Of a stretch of DNA of 50,023 nt, positions 18,557-28,111 are shown piece by piece. Each line of letters opens with the position of its first letter. The first letter of the stretch is position 1. The translations under genes and the position numbers were made by a program. The DNA is from an uncultured bacterium (GTDB lineage: Bacteria; Abyssobacteria; SURF-5): contig CAZSKP010000032.1 of assembly GCA_964607485.1 (NCBI GenBank), positions 1-50,023 on the forward strand, read 5' to 3'. The notes under the pieces were generated by a model that did not search any database, had not been told where the DNA came from, and was given only the letters and a program-made list of their open reading frames with translations.

Positions 18557-19545
18557 ACGGGTCCGCAGACAACATCCTCGCCCGTCTGGGTATCCATCGC
18601 ATAGAGGCGCCCACAGCTTTTTCGACGTTCGCCACCAACTGCTACTTCATCGACGGCGCCTTGCCCACGCTGATAGACACTGCCGTCGCCACCGATGAGG
18701 CATATGATTCGCTCGTCCTGGCGCTCTCGCGTGCGGGGCGGAGCATACGCGACATCGCGCGCATTGTGCTCACACACGGACACGCCGACCACAGGGCGCT
18801 GGCGCCACGCATCAGGGAAGAGTCGGGGGCGGAAGTTTTCTGCCACAGGCTGGAAGCCGGCAAGGTCATTCACACGACGCCGGAAGAAAAAGCTTCGAGC
18901 AGGAGCAGGTCGGCGGATTTCTTTCGGTCAATGGGCGTGCCGGACGAGTTGCTGGGGAGGCTCGCGGGAGGTTCGCAGAGCCCGGCCGTGAGACCCCGGC
19001 TCGAACGCGCCTCGTTCCTCGACGATGGAGACGAGGTCGCGCTCGATAACATGAGGCTGCGTGTGCTTCACACCCCGGGTCATTCCTGTGGCTCGGTTTG
19101 TCTCTATGACGTGGAGAACAGGCTGATTTTCACCGGCGACACGCTTCTTCCGACCCCGCGCATAACGCCCCTCATTGAAGTTGACATACTCGACGAGCAG
19201 CCTGACTACAACCCCTTGAAGTTTCACATCAGGAGCCTGCGTAGGCTGCTGGAGGTCGGGGCATCGCTCGTGCTGCCGGGGCATGGCGCCGCGTTTGATG
19301 AATATGGGGCGATAGTGAACGAACTCTTCGAGCGCCACAGAAAGAGGCAGCTTCATATACTCCGCTCTCTACGGCGCGGACGTAGGACCCTCTATCAGAT
19401 TTGTCGTTCCGTGTTCCCGCTCATTTCCTCCGATGACCTCTATCTTGCGCTTAGCGAGGTGGCTGGCAACGTGGGAATCCTGATTGAGGAGGAAAGGGTG
19501 GTTGGGCAGAGGGAAGACGAGATGGTCTATTACGAAAGCGTGTGA
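18553..19545 (+). CDS. MBL-fold metallohydrolase
   Basis: LTHGHADH, HTPGHS, TGD, PGHG. Confidence 0.9.
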   Translation: MNGSADNILARLGIHRIEAPTAFSTFATNCYFIDGALPTLIDTAVATDEAYDSLVLALSRAGRSIRDIARIVLTHGHADHRALAPRIREESGAEVFCHRLEAGKVIHTTPEEKASSRSRSADFFRSMGVPDELLGRLAGGSQSPAVRPRLERASFLDDGDEVALDNMRLRVLHTPGHSCGSVCLYDVENRLIFTGDTLLPTPRITPLIEVDILDEQPDYNPLKFHIRSLRRLLEVGASLVLPGHGAAFDEYGAIVNELFERHRKRQLHILRSLRRGRRTLYQICRSVFPLISSDDLYLALSEVAGNVGILIEEERVVGQREDEMVYYESV

Positions 19546-19791
19546 GTATCCGAGATGTATTGCACCCCCGGAGTCCTTCCGGGCGAATGTTGTGCGCTCG
19601 ATGTCCGCAAGGGGACAGAAACTGACGTACGAGGCCGATTTCTCAGCCCGCTCCCGGCGCATCTTGGTTGAAAGGGACGGCTGCCCGACGGGCGGTTCCG
19701 ACCGGCGATTGGCCGGATGCCCGCAGAGATTGCCGTAATTCAGTGGGTTCACTCCTCCGAATGCTTTTTGCTCTTCTCTCGTTCCACAATC

Positions 19792-19807
19792 TGGCATGAT
19801 TTGTGCT
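19792..19807 (+). promoter_or_regulatory. putative sigma54 promoter of the histidine kinase
   Basis: TGGCATGATTTGTGCT (GG-N10-GC), ~100 nt upstream of the ATG. Confidence 0.5.
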
Positions 19808-19909
19808 TTTTCTCCCCAGCGCTGGATTGCAAGCGTCCATAGATTAACCTATTGGTAAATCAGGGCGGACCTTATCACAGGACGCGCCGAACACCAAAAG
19901 GGGAATATC

Positions 19910-21427
19910 ATGGCCAAGGAAAAGACATTCTTCTCAAGCATATTAGACGAGCGCATCGCATACAGGCTGATCCTTTCATTCGCGTTGATGAGCATAATTC
20001 CTATGCTCCTCACCACCTATATGATCACCACCATGTGGCTCCCCGACCTGAGCGTATGGGCGAAGTTGACCGTCTTCCTCCTGCTCGGCCTCTCCGTTTC
20101 GATTCTGGGCTACCTGCTTTCGCGCACAGTGGTTTATACGGTTCTGCAAACGTCGGAGATCGCCAAACAAATCGCCGACGGCGACCTGTCGAAACGAATA
20201 GAAATACGCAATGAGCGGTCGGAGATGAGCCTGCTCGTCCGCTCCTTCAACCAGATCACCGCCGAACTGGAGCAAAAGATCAAGGACCTTCAGCTGTCTG
20301 AGGAGAAATTCAGAAACCTCGTTGAGAACGTTCCCGACTTGCTCTACTACCTCGACCCGACGGGCAAGATCATTTCCGTAAATGAAGAAGTGACGGAACT
20401 GCTTGGATACGCAAAGGATGATCTGTTGGGCTATCCTTTTTCAAATATCGTTCATCCGGAAGATTACAAGATATACGGACGAGTGCTCCTCGAGCGCAGG
20501 GAGGATGAGAGTCGGCTGGCGAAGGGCCTGCGCGTCAGGCTCAAGGCCGCGGACGAAAGTTTCCGGACCTTCGAGATCAACTCGCGTGGAATTTATGATC
20601 AGATAGACAATTTCCTCGGCACGGAGGGTCTGGCCCGGGACATTACGATGCAATTGGCTTTGGAGTCGGAACGCGAAGAGTTTCTTTATATGCTTACACA
20701 CGACATTAAGAATCCCGTGTCGGCGATAATGTTCATCGTCTACATGCTCCGCGACGGCAGCATACCCACGAACAAGTACTCCGAGTATTACGACAAAATC
20801 GAGAGGGCGTGCAACGGCGTTGTGCGCCTGGTCGAAGATTTTCTGGAATATAAGAAATTCGAGCGCGGCAGCATCGTCCTCGACAGGCGAAAAGTTGACC
20901 TTTACAGTCTGCTCAGGAACATCGCCCGCACCTACAGTTCCGAGGCCGAGGCCAAGGGCAAACGCATCGTGGTAAACGGCGATGAGTCCGAGAGTCCCGC
21001 CGCGGATAACAGGTTGGTGGTGGAAGTTGACGAAAAATATTTCTCAAGGGTTGTGGAAAACCTCGTCACCAACGCCATCAAGTTTGCTCAAAGTCGGATC
21101 GACATCGGCTTGAAAGAAGAAGGGGAAAGCGTAACGCTCTTCGTTCGTGACGACGGTCCCGGCGTGTCCGAAAAGGAGAAGGAAGACATCTTCAAGCTCT
21201 TCCACAGTTCTTCCGGCCACAGGATTAACAAGGGAATAGGCGTCGGGCTGGCATCCGCGCACAAGACGGTGCGTGCCCACGGTGGACGGCTCTGGGTGGA
21301 GTCGGAGCCCGACGGCGGCTGCACGTTCAGGGTCAGCATTCCCCTGCATCCGGTCTCGCCCGAGGCCAAAGCAGGCGAAGAGCCGTTCCCCAACATAATC
21401 TCCACCGGCTCGGCCGAAGCTGTTTAA
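19910..21427 (+). CDS. membrane HAMP-PAS sensor histidine kinase
   Basis: Two TM helices, HAMP (IADGDLS...FNQI), PAS (VHPED), H-box THDIKNP, N-box NLVTNAIKF, DDGPG, GIGVGL. Confidence 0.93.
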   Translation: MAKEKTFFSSILDERIAYRLILSFALMSIIPMLLTTYMITTMWLPDLSVWAKLTVFLLLGLSVSILGYLLSRTVVYTVLQTSEIAKQIADGDLSKRIEIRNERSEMSLLVRSFNQITAELEQKIKDLQLSEEKFRNLVENVPDLLYYLDPTGKIISVNEEVTELLGYAKDDLLGYPFSNIVHPEDYKIYGRVLLERREDESRLAKGLRVRLKAADESFRTFEINSRGIYDQIDNFLGTEGLARDITMQLALESEREEFLYMLTHDIKNPVSAIMFIVYMLRDGSIPTNKYSEYYDKIERACNGVVRLVEDFLEYKKFERGSIVLDRRKVDLYSLLRNIARTYSSEAEAKGKRIVVNGDESESPAADNRLVVEVDEKYFSRVVENLVTNAIKFAQSRIDIGLKEEGESVTLFVRDDGPGVSEKEKEDIFKLFHSSSGHRINKGIGVGLASAHKTVRAHGGRLWVESEPDGGCTFRVSIPLHPVSPEAKAGEEPFPNIISTGSAEAV

Positions 21428-21512
21428 CAGAATCCGCGTCTGAAGTAGACCTCAAGCCTTCCCATGCCCCGAGTCTTTTCAAGAACGGCGAACAGGCGTC
21501 TCTGCGTCGTCT

Positions 21513-21541
21513 TTGACATGCGGTTCCTCTGGTGATAAAAT
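21513..21541 (+). promoter_or_regulatory. sigma70 promoter of uvrA
   Basis: TTGACA-17 nt-TAAAAT with a TG extension. Confidence 0.75.
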
Positions 21542-21600
21542 GAAATATTCGGCAGCGCTCGGATTCTCTCCCATGAGCCTATCACTCTGGAATTTCGGTC

Positions 21601-24381
21601 ATGAAGCGCGTCATTAAATTTCGTGGCATACGCGTCCACAATCTCAAGAATGTTGACCTCGACATAGCACACAGCAAGCTGACTGTGATCACCGGCGTGA
21701 GCGGTTCCGGCAAATCCAGCCTGGCTTTTGACACCATCTACGCCGAGGGCCAGCGCCGTTACATCGAGTCGCTTTCCGCCTATGCGCGCCAGTTTCTTGA
21801 GAAGATGGACAAGCCCGACCTCGACAGCGTCGAGGGCATACCCCCCGCGATAGCCATCCAACAGAAACCTCCCTCAAGGAGCTCGCGCTCCACGGTCGGA
21901 ACGGCCACCGAGATATACGATTATCTTCGCCTCCTGTTCGCGCGGATAGGACAGGTTCATTGTCGCACGTGCGGCAGGCCGGTGGTGAGCTATTCGGTCG
22001 AGGACATATGCGAACACCTCGACTCGTTTTCGGGAAAGCGGGCATTCATCGTTGCTCCCATGGGCTGTGTCGATGAATCGACGGCCGAGAGAATGGCCGA
22101 CCTGAAGAAGAGGGGATTTGTCAGGGCGATGCTCGGCAAGGTGGCGACATTGGATGAAGCCCTGACCAGTCTCCCCGCCCCTGGCGCGGAGTGGGGATTG
22201 GTGGTGGACCGGTTGACGCTTGAACCGTCTGCGCGCTCCCGGCTCGCCGATTCGCTCGAGCTGGCTTACGGCGAAGGCCAGAGAAGGCTCGAAGTCCGCC
22301 TTGTCGATGGTCCGGTGCTCAAGTTCACCAGCCACCACGTGTGCTCGGAATGCGACGTGGAATATGATGACCCATTCCCGCAACTGTTCTCCTTCAACAG
22401 TGCTCTCGGCGCGTGTCCCGAATGCAACGGGTTCGGCAACACCATCGAGATCGACATGGACCTCGTGGTTCCCGACAAGACGAAAACACTCGACGAGGGC
22501 GCCATTAAGCCCTGGACTTTTCCCAACTACGATTGGCCGATGGCGGAATTGAGACTGATCGCGGAAAAACAGGGGCTGCCGCTGGACGTGCCATTTGAGC
22601 GTCTGTCGAAAAAGCATCTGCGCCTGCTCATGGAGGGGAAGGGTTACTTCCCGGGGATACGCCGTTTCTTCAAGATGCTCGAGAAGAAGAAATACAAGGT
22701 CCACGTGCGGGTTCTGCTGAGCAGGTTCCGGGGGTACGTCACCTGTTCCAGATGCAAAGGCGCCCGGCTGCGGCCCGAAGCGCTCGCCGTCAAGATTCAG
22801 GGTCAGACGATCACCGATGTTTGTCGCAAGCGCGTCACGCTCGCTTTGGAATTCTTCGACAGCTTTCGATTGTCCACACAGCAGGCCGAGATCGCCGAAC
22901 TGCTGTTGAAGGAGATACGGAGGCGTCTGCGCTATCTCGTCGACGTGGGACTCGACTATCTCACGCTCGACCGGCTCACACGCACGCTCTCGGGCGGAGA
23001 GGCCCAGAGGATCAACCTGGCATCGTGTCTCGGTTCCGGGCTGACGGAAACCCTTTACATCCTCGATGAGCCGAGCATCGGAATGCACCCTCGGGATAAC
23101 GCGAAATTGATCGATATTCTCGAAAAGCTGCGAGGCGCGGGCAACACGGTGCTCGTGGTCGAGCATGACGCCGACATGATTTCGGCGGCGGACGAGGTCG
23201 TGGACATCGGGCCCGGCGCAGGCGAAAACGGCGGCAGGGTGGTGTTCCAGGGGCCCGTTGCGCGTCTGAAACGCTCCCGAAAATCGCTGACCGGCCAGTA
23301 CTTGAGCGGACGGAAGAAGGTGGGCTACCTCCGGTCCAAGCGCCGGCAGCCCCGACGCTCTCTGCGGGTAATCGGCGCGAGAGAACACAATCTCAAGAAT
23401 GTCGACGTCGATTTTCCTCTCTCGATGTTCGTCTGCGTGACGGGCGTGTCGGGCTCGGGCAAGAGCACGCTGCTCGAGGAAGTTCTCTATCGGGCCGTGT
23501 GCCGGGAGATGGGTGAATCGACCGAGAAGCCCGGCGAGCACGACGCCATCCTCGGTCTTGAAAACATCGGCGGGGCGGTCATGGTGGACCAATCGCCGAT
23601 CGGCCGCACGCCTCGTTCCAATTCTGTCACCTACATGCACGCGTTCACCGAGATACGCGAGCTTTTCGCATCGACGACGTCGGCCCAGCTTCGCCAGCTC
23701 AGGCCGAGCGATTTCTCGTTCAACGTGCCGGGAGGCCGCTGCCAGAAATGCAAGGGCGAGGGAGCCCTTAAGGTGGAGATGCAATTTTTCGCCGATGTGT
23801 TTGTGACGTGCGACGCATGCGACGGCAAGAGGTACAAGCCGTCCGTGTTGGAGGTTCGTTATAAGGACAAGAACATATACGACGTTCTCAACATGACCGT
23901 GGACGAGGCCATTGCCTTTTTCGATTCTCTCTCTCCGTTGCGGAAGCGCTTGAAGGTGCTCGTGGACACGGGGCTGGGCTATCTGAGGCTGGGTCAGCCG
24001 GTGAACATGCTCTCCGGCGGCGAGGCGCAGCGGCTCAAGCTCGCTTCGCACATTGCGGGAGGACAATCCACACGCACGCTGTTCATCTTCGATGAGCCGA
24101 CGACGGGCCTGCATTTCCACGACATAGGCAGGCTGGTCGATTGTTTCAACACGCTGGTCGATATGGGCAATTCGGTCATCGTGATTGAGCACAACATGGA
24201 GGTCATCAAGTGCGCCGACTACATCATCGACCTGGGGCCTGAGGGCGGAGATGAGGGCGGCGAGGTGGTGGCCTGTGGTCCGCCCGAAAAAATCATGACG
24301 ATGAAGAAGTCCTACACCGGCAAATTCTTGAGGAAATACCTGCGCAACGGGCAGCCGTCTCGCCGCGCCGGAGGAAGATGA
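21601..24381 (+). CDS. uvrA: excinuclease ABC subunit A
   Basis: HNLKN, two GVSGSGKS Walker A motifs, AEGQRRYIESLS, two LSGGEAQR signatures, Zn fingers, DLGPEGG. Confidence 0.97.
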   Translation: MKRVIKFRGIRVHNLKNVDLDIAHSKLTVITGVSGSGKSSLAFDTIYAEGQRRYIESLSAYARQFLEKMDKPDLDSVEGIPPAIAIQQKPPSRSSRSTVGTATEIYDYLRLLFARIGQVHCRTCGRPVVSYSVEDICEHLDSFSGKRAFIVAPMGCVDESTAERMADLKKRGFVRAMLGKVATLDEALTSLPAPGAEWGLVVDRLTLEPSARSRLADSLELAYGEGQRRLEVRLVDGPVLKFTSHHVCSECDVEYDDPFPQLFSFNSALGACPECNGFGNTIEIDMDLVVPDKTKTLDEGAIKPWTFPNYDWPMAELRLIAEKQGLPLDVPFERLSKKHLRLLMEGKGYFPGIRRFFKMLEKKKYKVHVRVLLSRFRGYVTCSRCKGARLRPEALAVKIQGQTITDVCRKRVTLALEFFDSFRLSTQQAEIAELLLKEIRRRLRYLVDVGLDYLTLDRLTRTLSGGEAQRINLASCLGSGLTETLYILDEPSIGMHPRDNAKLIDILEKLRGAGNTVLVVEHDADMISAADEVVDIGPGAGENGGRVVFQGPVARLKRSRKSLTGQYLSGRKKVGYLRSKRRQPRRSLRVIGAREHNLKNVDVDFPLSMFVCVTGVSGSGKSTLLEEVLYRAVCREMGESTEKPGEHDAILGLENIGGAVMVDQSPIGRTPRSNSVTYMHAFTEIRELFASTTSAQLRQLRPSDFSFNVPGGRCQKCKGEGALKVEMQFFADVFVTCDACDGKRYKPSVLEVRYKDKNIYDVLNMTVDEAIAFFDSLSPLRKRLKVLVDTGLGYLRLGQPVNMLSGGEAQRLKLASHIAGGQSTRTLFIFDEPTTGLHFHDIGRLVDCFNTLVDMGNSVIVIEHNMEVIKCADYIIDLGPEGGDEGGEVVACGPPEKIMTMKKSYTGKFLRKYLRNGQPSRRAGGR

Positions 24382-24920
24382 GCGAAACGATGCCTGCGAA
24401 AATTCTCATCACGGGCGTCCCAGGCGTGGGCAAGACGACGGTAGCGAGGGAGGTCGCCCGGCTGCTCGGTGAGAATGCCGGCGGCTTCTACACCGAAGAG
24501 AGAAGAGAAGGCCGCGGGCGCGTGGGCTTCGACATCGTCACGCTCGACGGCCGCCGCGCCCCGCTTTCGCACGTGAACATCAAGGGGAAATATCGCGTCG
24601 GGAAATACGGCGTCGATGTGGGCGCGGTCGATTCGGTCGCCGCTTCAGCGATAGACGATTCGGTCGCCCGCAACAAGACTGTGATAATAGACGAGATCGG
24701 AAAGATGGAGCTTTTCTCTCAAAAATTCCGCGAATCCGTGACGCGGGCGCTCGATTCGCCCAGCCCGACGCTCGCCGTCATCATGCTCAAATCCAACCCG
24801 TTCGCCGACGCCGTCAAGCAGCGGCCCGACGTGAAGCTTATCGAGGTCACCCCCACCAACCGCGACTCCCTCCCCCGCAAACTCGCCGGCCAACTCGGCA
24901 GCGACGTTTCAAATTCTTGA
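24378..24920 (+). CDS. NTPase_1 / THEP1-family nucleoside triphosphatase
   Basis: ITGVPGVGKTT, GGFYTEE, VGKYGV, IIDEIGKMEL. Confidence 0.92.
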   Translation: MSETMPAKILITGVPGVGKTTVAREVARLLGENAGGFYTEERREGRGRVGFDIVTLDGRRAPLSHVNIKGKYRVGKYGVDVGAVDSVAASAIDDSVARNKTVIIDEIGKMELFSQKFRESVTRALDSPSPTLAVIMLKSNPFADAVKQRPDVKLIEVTPTNRDSLPRKLAGQLGSDVSNS

Positions 24921-24985
24921 GAAGGTATTTGTTCAAAAGCATGGAGAAGATTGGAAAAAGGAATGTTGACTTGGCTCTGAATGTA

Positions 24986-25975
24986 TCAAGTGTCCAAATC
25001 TGAACCCAAGATTTCTTGGTGAGGCAGCTCGCGCCAAGGATTTTCGTTTGGGTCGTAATGGTATGCTTGTAAATCGAAGTCGTTAAGAATTAACTGATGA
25101 ACTCGTTTGTCTGCACAGAAGAATTGCCGAACCAATTCATAAGTCTGGATGCACCGGCGCTGATTGAAGAAGCGTGACAGTATGGTGTTTATGGCGTCTG
25201 CCAGACGAATCTCAAAATGCTCACGTGAGTGAACGAATTGAAGCCGCTTCCAAAAAAGTTCATTAAAATCCAAGCGACCATCTTTCCTGTACTTGTCCAG
25301 GAAGGGGTGGCCCTCCTTTTCCCACTTGTCGAGCATCGGAAGCGGGTTTGCTTTACTCGAATGATACAGTTGGTTCCGAAGCAGTTCATGCCAAAAGGCA
25401 TTGTGCCTTGGTTCTCTCACAAAATCCTTATCTATTAGGAAACGCATTCGTGGCAGTTCTTCATCGTAGCTTCCAGAGATTGCGTGCCCCACGCTGTTAA
25501 CTAGAGCGGTGGCGATGCACTCCGCTAAGACGAATATCTTCAGATATTGGGCATAGCTGAGTTTCTTGAGCCAGTTGCCAAATTCGTGGTACATTCTCGC
25601 TTGATCATCTCGGCCAAGTGCAAGGCATTCTTTTCTCCCTTCCTCGATACCAATGAGTGCCACAGACCGGTGCTTTTCAAGGACCATCTCGGGATTCTCT
25701 GTCGGTCGCACCGCGAGGGGCGTGATCATGATATGGGGAGGCTTAAACATTATCTTTTGAGCGAAGATAGTCAGTTGCTCATCAGACAGTGTAGTACTCT
25801 TTATTTCGCCCTTAGAGTTTTTTAGGGAGAGGGGTAGCGTAGCTTCCCAGTCTGCGAATTGGCGCTGTTTGAGTTTGTATAACGTTCTTCGCTGACGCAG
25901 GTGAATGGCAGCGAAGAAATGCCGCTCATTTGAATTTGCTGCAAATGACCCAGACTCATCGATAGCAATAATCAT
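24986..25975 (-). CDS. DUF3800-like protein (putative RNase H-fold nuclease)
   Basis: N-terminal IAIDESG, central FLID, C-terminal IRLAD (cf. the family QxAD motif). AT-richer than the flanking genes. Confidence 0.7.
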   Translation of the reverse strand: MIIAIDESGSFAANSNERHFFAAIHLRQRRTLYKLKQRQFADWEATLPLSLKNSKGEIKSTTLSDEQLTIFAQKIMFKPPHIMITPLAVRPTENPEMVLEKHRSVALIGIEEGRKECLALGRDDQARMYHEFGNWLKKLSYAQYLKIFVLAECIATALVNSVGHAISGSYDEELPRMRFLIDKDFVREPRHNAFWHELLRNQLYHSSKANPLPMLDKWEKEGHPFLDKYRKDGRLDFNELFWKRLQFVHSREHFEIRLADAINTILSRFFNQRRCIQTYELVRQFFCADKRVHQLILNDFDLQAYHYDPNENPWRELPHQEILGSDLDT

Positions 25976-25994
25976 CAGCGCAATTCACAAAAAG

Positions 25995-26051
25995 GCATAA
26001 CGTTCAAGCTAGGCAAGAGAACAGAAGAGGAGGTCAGAGCGTTACTTGGTC
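25995..26051 (-). repeat. degenerate integron attC-like site
   Basis: Minus strand GACCAAG-TAAC-GCTCTGAC-18 nt-GCCTAGC-TTGAAC-GTTATGC, 57 bp, starting at the stop codon of the upstream gene. The right half fits the L'-spacer-R' layout; the left half is decayed. Confidence 0.4.
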
Positions 26052-26914
26052 TATTCCCATATGCTTTTTCTAGAACTAAAATATTGTAATAGACGATGGT
26101 AGCGCGACGCCATTTTGTCGTTATTGTTCTCTGAATATTTATTGTGTTGAGATAGTGCAAACTTGAAGGCAGAAATTATGATGTCTTGATTTATAATTCC
26201 ACCCGCCAAGTCTTTGATTCTTCTTCCTAAGAAGTCGAGCATAAAACGTCCATCACTGTCCTTGACGATCATCTTTCTGCAATGTTTAGCCATTCCCTTT
26301 GCTGCCTGGCCAATCCGTGTATTACAGTTTTGGTTTTCGACAGATAAAAGGTAGTTGGTCAATTCGTTTCCGACTGAAAAGCGAGGATATTCTGCTAACT
26401 TGCTCTCTAGGTAGTATGCGCGTTCAAGTGCTAGACCATAAATCTCATCTTCATCAATCCGTGTTGCAACGCCGACATCGAGACCAGCTCGCATAGGAAC
26501 CCCTACAGAAAGTGACAGTAAGCCGATGCCGCAGGTGGCAATGAAAGCTGAGAAAATCCCATTGACAGCGCCACAGTTGTCAGCGTCTCTCAATAGCGGC
26601 ACAGCTATTATTACAGCATCTGAGAGACCGTAAAAACTCAATTGGATTTTCGTGGCGGCCAGAAACTCTTCACGTAGTTCAGGTGGGACAAGGTTTACGT
26701 TCGGCGCACGCGATAATACAGAATCAACGTAATTCTTAAATCCCTTCCCTATATTTAGTACCCTTCCCACGCTTTTCTTCATTACCTCAATGAATTTTTG
26801 CTTTTCTTGTTCAGTCGTTGGGATTTCAGTTATTTCACGCAGCACATCACGTTGGCCAAGCTGATCTAAGAAAACTACTAGGTAATATTGAAATACCAGA
26901 TTATCATCCATCAT
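26051..26914 (-). CDS. class III nucleotide cyclase-like protein (stand-alone)
   Basis: VFLDQLG (first metal Asp), LSD (second Asp), MRAGLDVG, IYGLALERAYYLES..AEYPR follow the adenylate/guanylate cyclase fold pattern. AT-rich. Confidence 0.62.
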   Translation of the reverse strand: MMDDNLVFQYYLVVFLDQLGQRDVLREITEIPTTEQEKQKFIEVMKKSVGRVLNIGKGFKNYVDSVLSRAPNVNLVPPELREEFLAATKIQLSFYGLSDAVIIAVPLLRDADNCGAVNGIFSAFIATCGIGLLSLSVGVPMRAGLDVGVATRIDEDEIYGLALERAYYLESKLAEYPRFSVGNELTNYLLSVENQNCNTRIGQAAKGMAKHCRKMIVKDSDGRFMLDFLGRRIKDLAGGIINQDIIISAFKFALSQHNKYSENNNDKMASRYHRLLQYFSSRKSIWE

Positions 26915-26964
26915 TGGCTTCCATTACCGACGCAAAACAGATAAGGAGAATCGTCGAGTTATTG

Positions 26965-26994
26965 TATCCGTGTTTATCTGTGTATATCCGTGGT
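26965..26994 (+). repeat. 3 x 10-bp tandem repeat
   Basis: TATCCGTGTT TATCTGTGTA TATCCGTGGT at the right edge of the AT-rich insert. Confidence 0.7.
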
Positions 26995-27243
26995 TTCTCG
27001 CTTCGGTCGTTAAACTCCCTCGAAATGACAAAAGAAGAAGGGGTGAACGTGGTCTCCCTTTTCGCTTTTTGCCACTTCCCCCTTTTTCAAGAGAATATCA
27101 CACGCATCCCGCCAGAGTCAATTTTGTTTCAGTTCAACTCCTTGTGCTCAAGATACGGGTTTGATAGAGTACATGTATTCAGTGAGAAAGGATTCGGAGA
27201 AACGCGACGGAGGCAGTATCATCGGGGAAGGAAAGGGAAGAAC

Positions 27244-28017
27244 ATGACCATTCACATCGAGACCGATGGGCCTATCGAGATCATAACGATTGACCGTCTT
27301 GAGGTCGCTAACGCCATAGATCGACCCACCGCCAAAGCGCTGGCAGATGCGTTCCGCGCCTTTGACGCCGCCGACGCGCTCGCAGTGGCGGTGCTGACCG
27401 GTGCGCATGGCAAGTTCTGTGCCGGCGCGGACCTGAAAGCGATGCGCGACCCCGATGGGGAACGCGTTACCCGCGTCGAACCCGACGGTGACGGGCCAGT
27501 CGGTCCCACACGGATGCTGTTGTCGAAGCCCGTCATTGCCGCCGTTGAAGGGCACGCCGTCGCGGGCGGGCTCGAACTTGCCGCATGGTGCGACTTGCGT
27601 GTTGCCGCAGAGGACGCGGTGTTCGGCGTGTACTGCCGGCGGTGGGGAATCCCGCTTATGGACGGAGGCACGATCCGTCTCGCTCGCCTCATCGGTCACA
27701 GCCACGCCCTCGATCTTATCCTGACCGGCAGGGGCGTTTCGGGCGAAGAGGCCCTCCGGATGGGTCTTGCGAATCGACTGGTACCCAAGGGCAAAGCCCT
27801 GGAGCATGCCATCGCGCTTGCGCGCGACATCGCCTCACGGCCGCAGGCAGCGCTGCGCAGCGACCGTCTCTCCTCTTACGAGCAATGGTCGCTTTCCCTC
27901 GCTGACGCGCTCACCGCCGAGTATCATCACGGCATGGCAACCCTCAGGACAGGCGAGATGCTGACCGGGCTCGACGATTACGCGTCCGGAGGCTGGAAGA
28001 ACGCCCGGCAGAAGTAG
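27244..28017 (+). CDS. enoyl-CoA hydratase/isomerase (crotonase) family protein
   Basis: FCAGADL, KPVIAAVEGHAVAGGLELA, DLILTGR. ATG at 27244 follows a purine-rich SD. Confidence 0.93.
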   Translation: MTIHIETDGPIEIITIDRLEVANAIDRPTAKALADAFRAFDAADALAVAVLTGAHGKFCAGADLKAMRDPDGERVTRVEPDGDGPVGPTRMLLSKPVIAAVEGHAVAGGLELAAWCDLRVAAEDAVFGVYCRRWGIPLMDGGTIRLARLIGHSHALDLILTGRGVSGEEALRMGLANRLVPKGKALEHAIALARDIASRPQAALRSDRLSSYEQWSLSLADALTAEYHHGMATLRTGEMLTGLDDYASGGWKNARQK

Positions 28018-28111
28018 TAAAGTGCGGCTTTTCTCCAATTGCAGAGTCACGACAGTTATCTGCAAAGCGGAATGTTTTTTACATTGCCACGGCCTTCAGG
28101 GTGAAATTGAT

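Noticed and set aside
21874-24192. 772-aa minus-strand ORF
   Set aside because: Antisense shadow of uvrA.
26818-27243. N-terminal extension of the crotonase ORF in the ORF track
   Set aside because: It overlaps the cyclase-like gene and AT-rich intergenic DNA. Family similarity begins at ATG 27244.
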